From contig JBFLZI010000003.1 in assembly GCA_040756315.1 (NCBI GenBank), positions 1 to 56,232 on the forward strand: DNA of 56,232 bases. The letters are read 5' to 3'. Every line of letters begins with the position of its first letter. Within the stretch, counting starts at the first letter, position 1. Below are positions 9,132-19,429 of the stretch, piece by piece. The notes under the pieces were generated by a model. It searched no databases and was not told the origin of the DNA. It saw only the letters and a list, made by a program, of their open reading frames with translations. Position numbers and translations under genes: made by a program. The DNA comes from Thermodesulfobacteriota bacterium. Lineage in GTDB: Bacteria; Desulfobacterota; Desulfobaccia; Desulfobaccales; 0-14-0-80-60-11.

Positions 9132-10460
9132 CCTATCCACCTTTTGGCCGATATGGAAGTATTGGAAGCCCAATTGGGCCATTTTGCTGGGTTTATAAAG
9201 ATTGCGGCCGTCGAAGATGACCGGCTTCTGCATCAAGGCCAGCATGCGCTCAAAATCAGGTTCCCGGAACCTGGTCCATTCAGTGATGATCAAGAGGGCT
9301 TCGGCGCCTTCCAGGGCCTCGTAGCTGGAGGAGGCAAAAGAGAGGCCGGGCTTTTCCCCGAAATATTGCTGCACCGCGGGCATGGCCTGGGGATCATAGG
9401 CCCTCACTTGCGCGCCCCTCTCCAGCAAGTGGGAGATGATGGTGAGAGACGGGGCTTCCCGGATATCATCGGTTAAGGGCTTGAAAGACAGGCCCCAGAC
9501 GGCCAGGTTCCGGCCCTTCAGGTCATCCCGGAAATACCCTCGCACCCGGTCGATGAACCGGCGGCGCTGGTCCAGGTTGATGGCCTCCGCGGCCTCCAGC
9601 AGGCGAGGGTCATAACCTAGGGATTTGGCGGTATGGATCAGGGCCTGCATGTCTTTGGGGAAACAGGAGCCGCCGTAGCCCACCCCGGGGAACAGAAAAA
9701 GGTGGCCGATGCGGGGGTCCGAACCGATGCCCTGGCGGATCATGGACACGTCCGCGCCGGTCAGGGCGCAGATATTGGCCATTTCGTTGATAAAGGAAAT
9801 CTTGGTGGCTAAAAAGGCATTGGCGGCATATTTGGTGAGTTCGGCGGAGACCACGTCCATAATGATGATGGGATGGTGGGTCCTGACAAAGGGGGCGTAA
9901 AGCTCCTTCATCAACTCCGCCACCCGCACGTCGTCACAGCCGCAAACCACCCGGTCCGGCTTCATGAAGTCCTCCACCGCGGTGCCTTCTTTCAGGAATT
10001 CCGGGTTGGAGACCACGTCAAACTCATGGCTCACTCCCCGGGCCTGAAGTTCCTCAGTGATGACCTGGCGCACCTTGGCCGCGGTGCCCACCGGCACCGT
10101 GGATTTTTCCACGATCACCTTATAGCCGTTCATCAGGCTGCCGATTTCCCTAGCCACCTCCAGGACCGCGGACAGGTCGGCGGAGCCGTCCCGGTCCTGG
10201 GGGGTGCCCACCGCAATGAAACAGAAGAGGCTGGGCTGCACCGCGGCCGCCAAGTCAGTGGTGAATAACAGACGCTTCTCGGCGCTGTTGCGCCGCACAT
10301 AATCTTCCAATCCCGGTTCGTAGATGGGAATGTGGCCCTCCTCCAGGGCCTTGATCTTGTCCGCGTCCTTGTCCACGCAGATCACTTCATTGCCCATCTC
10401 GGCAAAACAGGCCGCGGTCACCAGACCCACGTAGCCGGTGCCAATAATCGCCAATTTCAT
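9129..10460 (-). CDS. ugd: UDP-glucose 6-dehydrogenase
   Basis: IGTGYVG, IAVGTP, KSTVPVGT, SNPEFLKEG, GYGGSCFPKD, FKP.TDDIREAP and DGRN motifs. Confidence 0.95.
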   Translation of the reverse strand: MKLAIIGTGYVGLVTAACFAEMGNEVICVDKDADKIKALEEGHIPIYEPGLEDYVRRNSAEKRLLFTTDLAAAVQPSLFCFIAVGTPQDRDGSADLSAVLEVAREIGSLMNGYKVIVEKSTVPVGTAAKVRQVITEELQARGVSHEFDVVSNPEFLKEGTAVEDFMKPDRVVCGCDDVRVAELMKELYAPFVRTHHPIIIMDVVSAELTKYAANAFLATKISFINEMANICALTGADVSMIRQGIGSDPRIGHLFLFPGVGYGGSCFPKDMQALIHTAKSLGYDPRLLEAAEAINLDQRRRFIDRVRGYFRDDLKGRNLAVWGLSFKPLTDDIREAPSLTIISHLLERGAQVRAYDPQAMPAVQQYFGEKPGLSFASSSYEALEGAEALLIITEWTRFREPDFERMLALMQKPVIFDGRNLYKPSKMAQLGFQYFHIGQKVDR

Positions 10461-10588
10461 CGGTTGTCTTTACCTCCCGGTTTATCTGCCTGGTCGCTTA
10501 GTGATTAAATCAGGAAATTGTCAGGAAGAGAAGAGATTCCCCCGGTGTTGTTAACAAATTTCCGGCCAATCCTCAACCCCGGAAGCCA

Positions 10589-12826
10589 TTAGAAAGTATT
10601 TTCCCGACCCTCCGGCATGATGATGGGCGGCCGCTTGAATTTCTCCGCCAACCCGGGAATGATGATGGTAAAGCCGATTCTCTTGTCATCCGGCCTCTCG
10701 GTGTAGGACAGGGCGACCCCCCAACACTGGCGTTGAAAAACCAGGCCGTACCGGCTTTCCAGTTTTTTGTTGGTGAGAAAGGTATGGGCGCTGGTGACCC
10801 AGGTCTTCACCGAGGGCAACAGGTCCAGATAAGTGGTGACGTTCACCTGGTTGGCGGACTCCTTAATAAAGAGGTAGCCCACGTTCAGATAATTTTTCCG
10901 GGCCGGGTCGTAGATGGTTAACTTGGTGTTGGCCCTGGTAAAACCTTCATTGTAGGGCGAGGCCCCCAGGTCCAGCCCCAGGGTGAGTTGGCGGAAAGGA
11001 GAAAACTCCGATTCCCCCAAAAAATCGGAAAAGCGGTTTTGGTGGTGGGAGAGGCCGTCCAGCCACATGCTGGTGGAAGTGAAGAAGGCGCTCTGGGAGA
11101 AACGGAGCCACAGCAGATCCCGGACCACGGCCTGGCCCTGGCGATTTTCACCGCGCCGGAGCAGGTTGCTGCTAAAGCCGTAGGTGACGGCGTTCACGCC
11201 CCCCAGGGGGTCGTCCCCATCCCGGATGGGCAGATTGCGGCTGGTGACCTCCCGCCAGCCCAGGTCGAAGGGGTCGAAGTCAGGATAGCGGGAGGCGTTG
11301 TACCGGGGCATGTTCCAGTAGGAGACTTCCGGGCGCAGGGTGTGGCGGTAATAGGTCTGATCAGCGTCGCCCCGGCCATAGTCCTTAAACCACTTGCTGG
11401 CCACGGACACTTTGGCGTCATAGAGCTGGCGGGTCAGATAATTATCCGGGGGTCCCTGGGAGATGTGCTTATCGATGCGGAAGGCCGTCTGCCGATAACC
11501 GATCCGGGAATCCAGGGAGACCCCCGGCAGCGGCTGTAGTTGCCCCCAGAGTTGGGGATGCAGGTCCAGCCGATGCCCGGTCTGCCCCGGTTCGTGATAG
11601 TAATGAATATAGGAGGAATTAAGGCCTATCAGGAAGGGGGTTTTACCAATAGGGTAGGTGACGGTCTCCAGGGACAGGCCGGGAAGCTTATGGTACGGGT
11701 TGGGATCATCGGCCCGGAGTCTTTGATAATAACGGCCATAAGCCGAGAGGTTAAACCAGGGCAGATTGCCGCTGTTCACCAGAGTGGAGACCCGGGTGTT
11801 CACTTCCTCCTGCTCCAGGTCCCGTCCGAATTCCTGGACCAGTTCCCGGGAGTAGCGGTTCAGGCCCAGGTAGCCGAAATTAAAATTTTTCAGGTAGTTG
11901 ATGTCACTGACCCGATCCAGGGTGAGGCGCGTGTGCCAATCCGGAGACCAGGCTTGAGTCAACATCCCGGCCACCAGATAGCGGTGGTTGGTGAGGGCCT
12001 GCTCGTCCCGGTCATTCAAGTAGGCGAAATGGAAATTACCGGCGGAGTCCCCGTGGCCCCGCCAGCGATATTCCACCCCCTGCTGGTAGCCCCGGTTGGT
12101 GATGATATTCTGGTAGAGAGTGGCGTCCATCTGATTGTTGATGGCCCAGTAAAGAGGGATCTCCAAGATGGTGCCCCCGGCCTTGTGCTGGCCGAAGTTG
12201 GGCATCAGGAAGCCGGACTGCCGCACGGTCATGGCCGGCAGAATGACGTAAGGCAGGTAGAAGACCGGCACCCCGGCCAGGCGGAGAAAGGTATTGGGGC
12301 TGGTGGCATAGCCCTCCAGGACCACGTTCAACTTTTGGGCGGAAAAGCTCCACACCGGCAAGTCGGCGTCGCAGGTGGTGATTACGGCCTTCTCCGTATA
12401 ATAGGAGTGTTCGCCGGTCTTGCGGATCAGGGGGCTGTCCACATGAAAGTGGTTTCTTTTCAAAAAGAGGCGGGCGCCCCGGAGTTCCCCGCAGCGGGTG
12501 GCCAGATTGAAGTAACCCGCCTGGCCCGCCAGGATGTCCTCCCCCAGAACGAATAAGACGTGGCCCTGGACCTGGGCGATCTTGGTGATTTCATTCACCT
12601 GCACCTGGTCCGCGGTGATGCGCCGCTCCCCCTGGCGGATTTCCACCTGGCCCACGGCGCTGTAAGTGTGGGTGGTGGCTTCATAGATGATCTGATCGGC
12701 CCGGATGCGCCAGGGCCCGCCTTGGAAGCGTTCCCCGGAGAAGAGTTCCATTTCTTCCGCGCCGGCGCTGGCGGCGGCAAAAAACAGACAGATCAACACC
12801 CAGACCCAGACCCCGCGTCTGCCCAT
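10589..12826 (-). CDS. lptD: LPS-assembly outer membrane protein LptD (OstA)
   Basis: Signal peptide; OstA-like N-terminus (I.ADQI.Y, ITADQV); TTCD..P.W; GVPVFYLPY, RQSGFLMP and PLYWAI motifs; C-terminal QCWG strand. Start taken at ATG 12826 (the ORF track uses 12850). Confidence 0.88.
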   Translation of the reverse strand: MGRRGVWVWVLICLFFAAASAGAEEMELFSGERFQGGPWRIRADQIIYEATTHTYSAVGQVEIRQGERRITADQVQVNEITKIAQVQGHVLFVLGEDILAGQAGYFNLATRCGELRGARLFLKRNHFHVDSPLIRKTGEHSYYTEKAVITTCDADLPVWSFSAQKLNVVLEGYATSPNTFLRLAGVPVFYLPYVILPAMTVRQSGFLMPNFGQHKAGGTILEIPLYWAINNQMDATLYQNIITNRGYQQGVEYRWRGHGDSAGNFHFAYLNDRDEQALTNHRYLVAGMLTQAWSPDWHTRLTLDRVSDINYLKNFNFGYLGLNRYSRELVQEFGRDLEQEEVNTRVSTLVNSGNLPWFNLSAYGRYYQRLRADDPNPYHKLPGLSLETVTYPIGKTPFLIGLNSSYIHYYHEPGQTGHRLDLHPQLWGQLQPLPGVSLDSRIGYRQTAFRIDKHISQGPPDNYLTRQLYDAKVSVASKWFKDYGRGDADQTYYRHTLRPEVSYWNMPRYNASRYPDFDPFDLGWREVTSRNLPIRDGDDPLGGVNAVTYGFSSNLLRRGENRQGQAVVRDLLWLRFSQSAFFTSTSMWLDGLSHHQNRFSDFLGESEFSPFRQLTLGLDLGASPYNEGFTRANTKLTIYDPARKNYLNVGYLFIKESANQVNVTTYLDLLPSVKTWVTSAHTFLTNKKLESRYGLVFQRQCWGVALSYTERPDDKRIGFTIIIPGLAEKFKRPPIIMPEGRENTF

Positions 12827-13158
12827 GACCTCTTTTCCCCAAGTTTTCAAAAACGAGGCATGATACCACAGAGACCGGTCTCGTTCAAGCAGCCAGAGCA
12901 GGATTTAACCGTCAATCAGGGGCCTACGTAAGTTACTGGCTTAATTACCAATAAATAATAAGTATCAAGGTATTTTATCTATCATTATTATGAAAGTTAT
13001 CTGACTGTCCTAAATCACCGGAAGCGGTGTATTCTTTTGGTTTCGCCGGGAAAGGTACCCCCCCCAATCTGCTCCGGGACGGCTTCTTTTTGACAGGGCT
13101 TGGTCAACCATACGACGGGCTCGCCAGGTCCGGAGATTTTTAGAAGATGATCCTTCCA

Positions 13159-13214
13159 CTCGTTCCCAAGCTTCTGCTGGGGAACGCACCTAAAGCCCAA
13201 GCTCTGCTTGGGCA
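13159..13214. repeat. REP-like palindromes (CTCGTTCCCAAGCT...GGGAACG and GCCCAAGCTCTGCTTGGGC)
   Basis: Two adjacent related hairpins in intergenic DNA; a partial CTCGTTCCCA copy lies at ~25170. Confidence 0.55.
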
Positions 13215-13254
13215 AAATGACCGTCAGACAAAACCAAAAGGGGTAAAATATGAA

Positions 13255-13288
13255 TTGACACGAAATTATTGTTACACTAAAATTGTGT
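13255..13288 (+). promoter_or_regulatory. sigma70 promoter with overlapping operator palindrome for the TA operon
   Basis: TTGACA (13255-60)-N17-TAAAAT (13278-83); ACAC-N7-GTGT palindrome at 13274-13288. Confidence 0.8.
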
Positions 13289-13289
13289 T

Positions 13290-13520
13290 ATGAAGAATGT
13301 GACGATAACTTTGGACGAGGAAGTAGCCCGGTGGGCCAGAATTCGGGCGGCGGAGCGGAACACCAGCGTCTCCCGTCTGGTGGGAGAACTGCTCCGGGAA
13401 AAGATGCAGGCGGAGGAGGATTACCGTCGGGCCAAAGAGGATTATCTGGCGAGAGGGCCTCAGGTTCTGAAGAAGGCCGGGGCGCGCTACCCCAGGCGTG
13501 AGGCGCTCCATGACCGTTAG
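13290..13520 (+). CDS. Ribbon-helix-helix (CopG-like) antitoxin, VapB-type
   Basis: 76 aa, MKNVTITLDEEVARWARIRAAERNTSVSRLV, C-terminal R..LHDR; overlaps the PIN gene start. Confidence 0.85.
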   Translation: MKNVTITLDEEVARWARIRAAERNTSVSRLVGELLREKMQAEEDYRRAKEDYLARGPQVLKKAGARYPRREALHDR

Positions 13521-13956
13521 GGTCTTTGTGGACACGAATGTCCTGGTGTACAGTAGGGACGCGTCCGAGCCGAAGAAGCAGGCCCAGGCCATGGCCTGGA
13601 TGACCGCTCTCTGGGAAAAGCAGGCGGGGAGGTTGAGCTATCAAGTGCTCCAGGAATTTTACGTCACCGTTACCGTCAAGCTGGACCCGGGACTGCCCCC
13701 GGAAATGGCCCGGCGGGACGTGCGGGCGCTTCTGGCCTGGCAGCCGCTGGCCGTGGAGGCCCGCCTCCTGGAAGGGGCCTGGCTCCTCCAGGAGCGTTAC
13801 CGTCTCCCCTGGTGGGACGCTTTCATCGTGGCCGCGGCCCAGGCGGCCGGGTGTGGGTATCTCCTCAGCGAGGATTTCCAGGAGCACCAGAGCCTGGGAG
13901 ACCTCACCCTTGTTAACCCCTTCCGCACCCTTCCCGAGGCCCTGGACCTGGCCTAA
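13510..13956 (+). CDS. PIN-domain toxin (VapC family)
   Basis: VFVDTNVLVY, QVLQEFY, WDAFIVAAA and LLSEDF acidic PIN motifs; ATG at 13510. Confidence 0.9.
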   Translation: MTVRVFVDTNVLVYSRDASEPKKQAQAMAWMTALWEKQAGRLSYQVLQEFYVTVTVKLDPGLPPEMARRDVRALLAWQPLAVEARLLEGAWLLQERYRLPWWDAFIVAAAQAAGCGYLLSEDFQEHQSLGDLTLVNPFRTLPEALDLA

Positions 13957-14091
13957 ACCAAGCCGTCATCTTTTCGCCCTGGCGGCACCGGCCCCTGGCC
14001 GGTGGACCTGGCGGCGCCGGCTTTCCAGCCGAGGCTCCGTGCCCCGGCCCTCTCCTCCACCAGCCAATTCCGTTAAGAAAGGAGTATCCGG

Positions 14092-14607
14092 ATGGATAAA
14101 GGCAAACTCAACTTTGTCATTGACGCCTTGATGTTCCTCTGTCTCATGGGCATCGCCGGCCTGGGCTTTCTGATGAAATATGTCTTGCTCCCGGGCCGGG
14201 AGGCCCGGATGAAATACGGGGGCCCGGTGGAACTCTCCTGGCTGGGCTGGGACCGCCACGATTGGGGCCAGATCCACCTCTACCTGGCTTTCTTTCTCCT
14301 TGGTCTCTTACTTCTCCATATTATCCTTGATTGGCAAGTAATCCTGGGACTGTGGGAAAAATTGATTCCTAATCCCCGGATGCGCACCAGGATCGCCTTC
14401 GCCTTTTTGCTGATCACGGTGCTGTTGCTCTATGTTCCTTTTCTGGTGACCCCGGAGGCCCAGGAGCGGGGGCGGCGCGGCCGGGGCCTGCGCTCGGAGG
14501 CAGGCGGATATGAGAAATCGCTGGCCCAGGGAACCGTAATCGCCGGGGAGACCTATTATTGCCGGTCAAAACAGGAGCATCCTGAGGGAGGCAAGGCGGA
14601 ATTTTAA
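14092..14607 (+). CDS. DUF4405-like small membrane protein (His-containing, cytochrome b-like)
   Basis: Three hydrophobic segments; LGWDRHDWGQIH...LLLHIIL.W pattern; AAGGAG SD. Confidence 0.65.
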   Translation: MDKGKLNFVIDALMFLCLMGIAGLGFLMKYVLLPGREARMKYGGPVELSWLGWDRHDWGQIHLYLAFFLLGLLLLHIILDWQVILGLWEKLIPNPRMRTRIAFAFLLITVLLLYVPFLVTPEAQERGRRGRGLRSEAGGYEKSLAQGTVIAGETYYCRSKQEHPEGGKAEF

Positions 14608-16994
14608 CGGGTCGTCCGGGAGGTGGCGGCACTTGGGGGCTTGGGGATAACTTCCTGATTTACCTCTTTAAGCCGGTAAATTACATAGTCAGAATAGACC
14701 ACCCGGCGGAAAGGAGACCGGCTGTTCTCCCACCAATAATCAATGAACCAATCCATATAGCCCGGAAAGGAGAGCCAATACCGGGGAGTGAAATACTTGG
14801 CGGGGTCGGCATAATAATAAGACTGCTTCAGGGAAAAGGTGGCCAATTTCTCCAGTTCTCCGGGAGGGTTTTTCACCCATTTATGCGTATGATAGTTCTT
14901 TTGGGGAGACATATAGGGATGCTCCGCCTCAAGCAAATAAATATTTCTGAGTCCCTGATTCCGTTTAAGAAGATTCTGCATCTGAGTTTCGGTATGGATA
15001 ACCTTCTTGGGAAAGGGATTGTTCTCCACCGATTCATAGGGGTCGAAATGCCGGCCGGAATAATAGAATAAGTCAGCATAGTAATAGAAGTTGGCAATGA
15101 CGATGCTGTGTCTCGGGACATTGTCTTTGATCCAGACGCCCAACTCCTGGTTTTTTTTCACCAATTCCCTCTGAACCAGGATGCTGGCGGGCAGATTGAG
15201 GGCTTGATCCAGCATGCCGAGGCCGCAGAGGAGCACCACCCCGGCCATTAAGGTCCGTCTCCCCCGTCCCGCCGCACTTTTCCTCAAAATACTAAAGAGT
15301 TCCCTGATCTCCAACGTGAGCATGATGGCCAGGGGGGGAAGCAGGAAGGTGAGATGCACTTCGGCTACTCGGACGATCATCATTCCCACCAGCATGGCCA
15401 GGAAATAGATGGGCGGCAGCACGTGGAAGCGCAGGGACGCGGCGGCCACCATCGCCAAAAAGAGAAAAAGCACCCACCCCAGCCTGATGCTGGGATGCCA
15501 TTGAAGGTTGGCGTTGAACACATAGAAGGTAAGCACAAATAAGGCCGCCAGGGCGACGACCAGCCCTTCGGCCCAGATTCCCAGGCGGCGCCGGTCCCTT
15601 GCCGAAGCGGAGGCAATTCTGGCGAGAAGTCCGGTGCCAGAGTGCAGATAGCTCCCTGGCCCCCAGTCCCCTCCTTCCCTCCAGCGCCTGAGGGCCAGCA
15701 GGATGGAGATGACGGCCAGCAGCCACAACACCGGGGGAAACTGCACATAGACGAAACCGTCCAGGTCCCAGTTGGGTCTCAAGGTGGCATGAGACTGGGT
15801 CTTACTCATGGACAGGAGGCTGAACACCTGCCCCTGGTTCCACCCCAACAGCCAGGGCAGAAAGGTGGGGTAAAGGCAAAGGCCCATCAGCGCCACCGAT
15901 GCCGCCAGAATCATCAAGGAGCGTTTTCCCTTATAAGTGAGGGCCTCGGAGACGGCGACGATAAAGGGGGTCGCCGCGGGAAACTCCCTGACCCAGGACC
16001 CCAGAATCACCAGGAGGATATACGCGGCCAACCAGGGTAGCGCCCCGGAATCTTGGTATTGCAGATAGGCATATAGAGCCGCAGCCATAACGATGGTCAC
16101 CAACAGGTAGGGTAAGGAAAAAAGGGTGTAGACGGAGACGATGGTGGCGCCGGCGGCCTGAAAGAGGAAGGTGGCCACCAGAGCCCAGGCCGTTGAGCCG
16201 ATAATTTTACCAGCCAGCAGAAAAACACTGGTGGCTAAACAGGCATAAAGAAAGGCCATCTGGATCACCGCCGCGGGAATCCGCCGGGGATTATTGGCGA
16301 GGAAACATCCCATGTAAGTCGCATAAATAGAGGTGAGGGGCGTATAACGCAAGGGAGTCTGCAAAGTGAAATACATCCGGGCCATGGCTGGGAGCGTCTT
16401 GAGAAGCCCGGGAACCGCATAGGTGAAGTCATCGTGCCGGATATAGCGGGGAAATAGTTGGGACAAGAGCAGGAGATTGCCTTGGGGCGGCGCCATTTTC
16501 GCCTGGGCCTGGGTTTTTGGGTCCAAGCGGTTCAGGAACGCCGGGGGCCAGTGAACTTCCGGGTCCACCAGGCTGCGGTTGAATTCCAGGAGAAAAAACT
16601 CCCAATCCCGCTCCCGGCCCGAGCCGGCGGCTAACCTCTGCAGGGCCGCCCGTCCCGGCTCTGACAGGCGGGAGTAAACAAAAGCCCCGGGACTGAGGTT
16701 GGGGTCGAGTTCCCGTTCGGCCAGAATTTCCCGGAAAAAGGCCGGCCGATTCTGGATCATGTCCTCGCCCAGGAAGTAGGAGTAGGGTTTGCCGCAGGCC
16801 AGATTGACGATATCGCCGCCGAAGACGTCGCCGGAGAGGGAATACCAGAACAGGGTATATCCCGCCAGATTCAGCAGGAAGACAAGCAGAGCTATCATTA
16901 CGGCGGAGAGGGAGGCCCGGCCGGAACCCGGCCGCGGGTGCGGCGAGGTTTCTTGTTCAGGCCTGGTATCAGGATTTACCCGGGGTTGAGACAT
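14604..16994 (-). CDS. Polytopic membrane protein, putative GT-C-fold (polyprenyl-phosphate-sugar dependent) glycosyltransferase, paralog 1
   Basis: About 12 TM segments; N-terminal TM followed by GDVFGGD acidic loop; LRYTPL and W.RE.PAA motifs; soluble C-terminal domain; neighbours a GT2. Confidence 0.55.
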   Translation of the reverse strand: MSQPRVNPDTRPEQETSPHPRPGSGRASLSAVMIALLVFLLNLAGYTLFWYSLSGDVFGGDIVNLACGKPYSYFLGEDMIQNRPAFFREILAERELDPNLSPGAFVYSRLSEPGRAALQRLAAGSGRERDWEFFLLEFNRSLVDPEVHWPPAFLNRLDPKTQAQAKMAPPQGNLLLLSQLFPRYIRHDDFTYAVPGLLKTLPAMARMYFTLQTPLRYTPLTSIYATYMGCFLANNPRRIPAAVIQMAFLYACLATSVFLLAGKIIGSTAWALVATFLFQAAGATIVSVYTLFSLPYLLVTIVMAAALYAYLQYQDSGALPWLAAYILLVILGSWVREFPAATPFIVAVSEALTYKGKRSLMILAASVALMGLCLYPTFLPWLLGWNQGQVFSLLSMSKTQSHATLRPNWDLDGFVYVQFPPVLWLLAVISILLALRRWREGGDWGPGSYLHSGTGLLARIASASARDRRRLGIWAEGLVVALAALFVLTFYVFNANLQWHPSIRLGWVLFLFLAMVAAASLRFHVLPPIYFLAMLVGMMIVRVAEVHLTFLLPPLAIMLTLEIRELFSILRKSAAGRGRRTLMAGVVLLCGLGMLDQALNLPASILVQRELVKKNQELGVWIKDNVPRHSIVIANFYYYADLFYYSGRHFDPYESVENNPFPKKVIHTETQMQNLLKRNQGLRNIYLLEAEHPYMSPQKNYHTHKWVKNPPGELEKLATFSLKQSYYYADPAKYFTPRYWLSFPGYMDWFIDYWWENSRSPFRRVVYSDYVIYRLKEVNQEVIPKPPSAATSRTTR

Positions 16995-17059
16995 GCTGAT
17001 GGACCTTGGCGCCGGCCGGGTTATTAAGGCCCCCTGAGAAGGGCCTTATGGCCGCGGCA

Positions 17060-19366
17060 TTAAATTTTCAGCCGGTAGAGCTGATAGTCACAGTAGATTT
17101 CCCGCCGGAAGAAAGAACTGCTGTTGTCCCACCAGTAATCAATGAACCAGTCCATATAGCCGGGAAAGGAGATCCAATAACGGGGAGTAAAAAACTTGAG
17201 AGGATCGGCATAATAATAGGATTGCCTCAGGGAGAAACCGGCCACCTTCTCTAATTTTCCCGGCGGGTTTCTTACCCACTTATGGGAATGGTAATTTTGG
17301 TACCCGGAAAGATAAGGGTGTTCCGCTTCCATAAGAAAGACAGGCCGGATGCCCTCATTCCTTTTCAGCAAGTTCTCCATCTGGTTATCGGTAAAAATGA
17401 CCTTAGCCGGGCCGAAGGGATTATTTTCCACCGATTCGTAGGGGTCAAAATGCCGGTCGGAATAATAATACAGGTCGGTATAGTAGAAAAAGTTGGCAAT
17501 AAGGATGCTGTGTTTGGGGAGATGGTTTTTCAACCAGAGGCCCATCTCCTGGTTTTTCTTCACCAGTTCTTTCTGGATAAGGGAAGTGGCGGGCAGGTTA
17601 AGCAATTGGTCCGCCAGCCCTATGCCAAACAGGAGAGCCACTGCGGTCAAAGCCAGCCTTCTCGGCCAGATGTCCCGATTTTCCTTCAGCATCAGAAAAA
17701 GTTCCCGGACCCATTGCGTCAGCATAATGGCCAGGGGAGGCAGCAGAAAGGTGAGGTGGATTTCCGCCACCCGGACCCGCATCACCCCCAGGAGCAGAGC
17801 CAGGAAGTACACCGGCGCCAAGACCTGGAAGCGCAGGGAGGCCAGCGCCACCATGACCGGAAACAGCAAGAAGGCCGGCCCCCAGCGGAGATACATAAAG
17901 TGTTGCAGGCCGGCGTTGCCGACGTAAAAAACGTAGATAAAGGCCAGAGTGACAGCCCCCGTCAGCCAGATTGCCAGTATTTTTAAGACCTGGCGGGCTT
18001 TTTCCGAGGCGGGAACCATTCTCAAGAGGAGCCCGGCCCACCAGGACAGGCTGGCATTCCGGGTCCCTTCCGCGGTTCCCTGCCAGCGCCAAATGGACAG
18101 GAGGATAGCCATGACGGTGAGCAGCCACAACACCGGGGGGAACTGCACATAGACAAAGCCGCTCAGGTCCCAGTTGGGAATGGCCACGGTATGAAACTGG
18201 GTTTTTCCCATAGCCAACAGGCCGAACACCCGTCCCTGGTTCAATCCCACCAGCCAGGGTAGAAAGGCGGGATACAGGCAATGGGCTGACAGCAGCGCGG
18301 AGGCCGCCAGAGTGATTAGGGAACGCCTGCCTTGATAGGTAAGAATCTCGGCGGCCCCGACAATGAAGGGGACCGCCGCGGGAAATTCCCTGGTCCAGGA
18401 GCCGAGAACGCCCAGGAGCAGATAGGCGGCGAGCCAGACCCATTTTCCCGAATCCTTGTATTGTAAATAGGCATAGAGAGCCGTCACCATGAATATGGTG
18501 ACGAGAAGATAGGGCAGCGAGAACAGGGTGTACACGGAGACGATGGTGGCCATGGCGCTCTGATACAGAACCGCGGCCACCAAAGCCCAGGGCCATGGTC
18601 CGATAAGCCTGGCGGCCAGCAAGAAAACGCCGGTTCCCAGACAGGCATAGAGAAATCCCATCAGCAGCACCGCCACCGGGATGCGCCGGGGACTATCAAA
18701 CAGATAAGCCCCCATAAAAGTTGTATAAATGTTGGTGATGGGGGTGTAACGCAGGGGAGTTCGGAGAGTAAAGGAGCTGATAACGGTTTCCGGCAAGGTC
18801 TGCCAAAGCTGGTAGAACTCCCAGACCGGCTTATAGTTCCCGAAATGCCGGGGGAAGAGTTTGGCCAGGACCAGGAGATTTCTTTTCGGGGTCGCCATTT
18901 TCCCCTGTACGGGGGGAGGTAGGCCCCCTTGTTTCAACAGCGCCGCCGGCCAGTCCAGGGGCGGGTCAATTAGGGCGCGATTGGCCTCCAGGAAGAAAAT
19001 ATTCTGTTCCCGCTTCAGGGCAGGGTCGGCGGCCAGGGCCTTTAAGGCCCGGCGTCCGGCCGGCGTCAGGCGGGCATAGACAAAGGCCGCGGCAGAGGTT
19101 TTAGGGTCGGATTTCTCTCCGGCCAGGATTTCCCGGTAAAACGCGCCGGGATTCTTTATCAGACTTTCATTGAGCAGAAAGGAGGATGGCTCCCCCCAAT
19201 AAGAGACCTGGACGTCCCCCCCAAAGAGGTCGCCCCCCAGGGAATACCAGAACAGATTATATCCTACTAGATTTATCAAGAAAATAATAGCGACTAGTTT
19301 GAGGCTGGGGCCGGCGGCACCGTGTGAAGCATTCCCGGGGTTCAACAGAGCGGTCCTCTTAGGCAC
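17060..19366 (-). CDS. Polytopic membrane protein, putative GT-C-fold glycosyltransferase, paralog 2
   Basis: Collinear with 14604-16994 (shared ATIVSVYTLFSLPYLLVTI, FVYVQFPPVLWLL, HFDPYESVENNPF, SFPGYMDWFIDYWW). GTG start is uncertain. Confidence 0.55.
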   Translation of the reverse strand: MPKRTALLNPGNASHGAAGPSLKLVAIIFLINLVGYNLFWYSLGGDLFGGDVQVSYWGEPSSFLLNESLIKNPGAFYREILAGEKSDPKTSAAAFVYARLTPAGRRALKALAADPALKREQNIFFLEANRALIDPPLDWPAALLKQGGLPPPVQGKMATPKRNLLVLAKLFPRHFGNYKPVWEFYQLWQTLPETVISSFTLRTPLRYTPITNIYTTFMGAYLFDSPRRIPVAVLLMGFLYACLGTGVFLLAARLIGPWPWALVAAVLYQSAMATIVSVYTLFSLPYLLVTIFMVTALYAYLQYKDSGKWVWLAAYLLLGVLGSWTREFPAAVPFIVGAAEILTYQGRRSLITLAASALLSAHCLYPAFLPWLVGLNQGRVFGLLAMGKTQFHTVAIPNWDLSGFVYVQFPPVLWLLTVMAILLSIWRWQGTAEGTRNASLSWWAGLLLRMVPASEKARQVLKILAIWLTGAVTLAFIYVFYVGNAGLQHFMYLRWGPAFLLFPVMVALASLRFQVLAPVYFLALLLGVMRVRVAEIHLTFLLPPLAIMLTQWVRELFLMLKENRDIWPRRLALTAVALLFGIGLADQLLNLPATSLIQKELVKKNQEMGLWLKNHLPKHSILIANFFYYTDLYYYSDRHFDPYESVENNPFGPAKVIFTDNQMENLLKRNEGIRPVFLMEAEHPYLSGYQNYHSHKWVRNPPGKLEKVAGFSLRQSYYYADPLKFFTPRYWISFPGYMDWFIDYWWDNSSSFFRREIYCDYQLYRLKI

Positions 19367-19429
19367 TTACCGATCCACCGGCATTTTTGGCGGCCAGGTC
19401 TTCTGGCCGGCGGTCACTGGGGTTGCACG

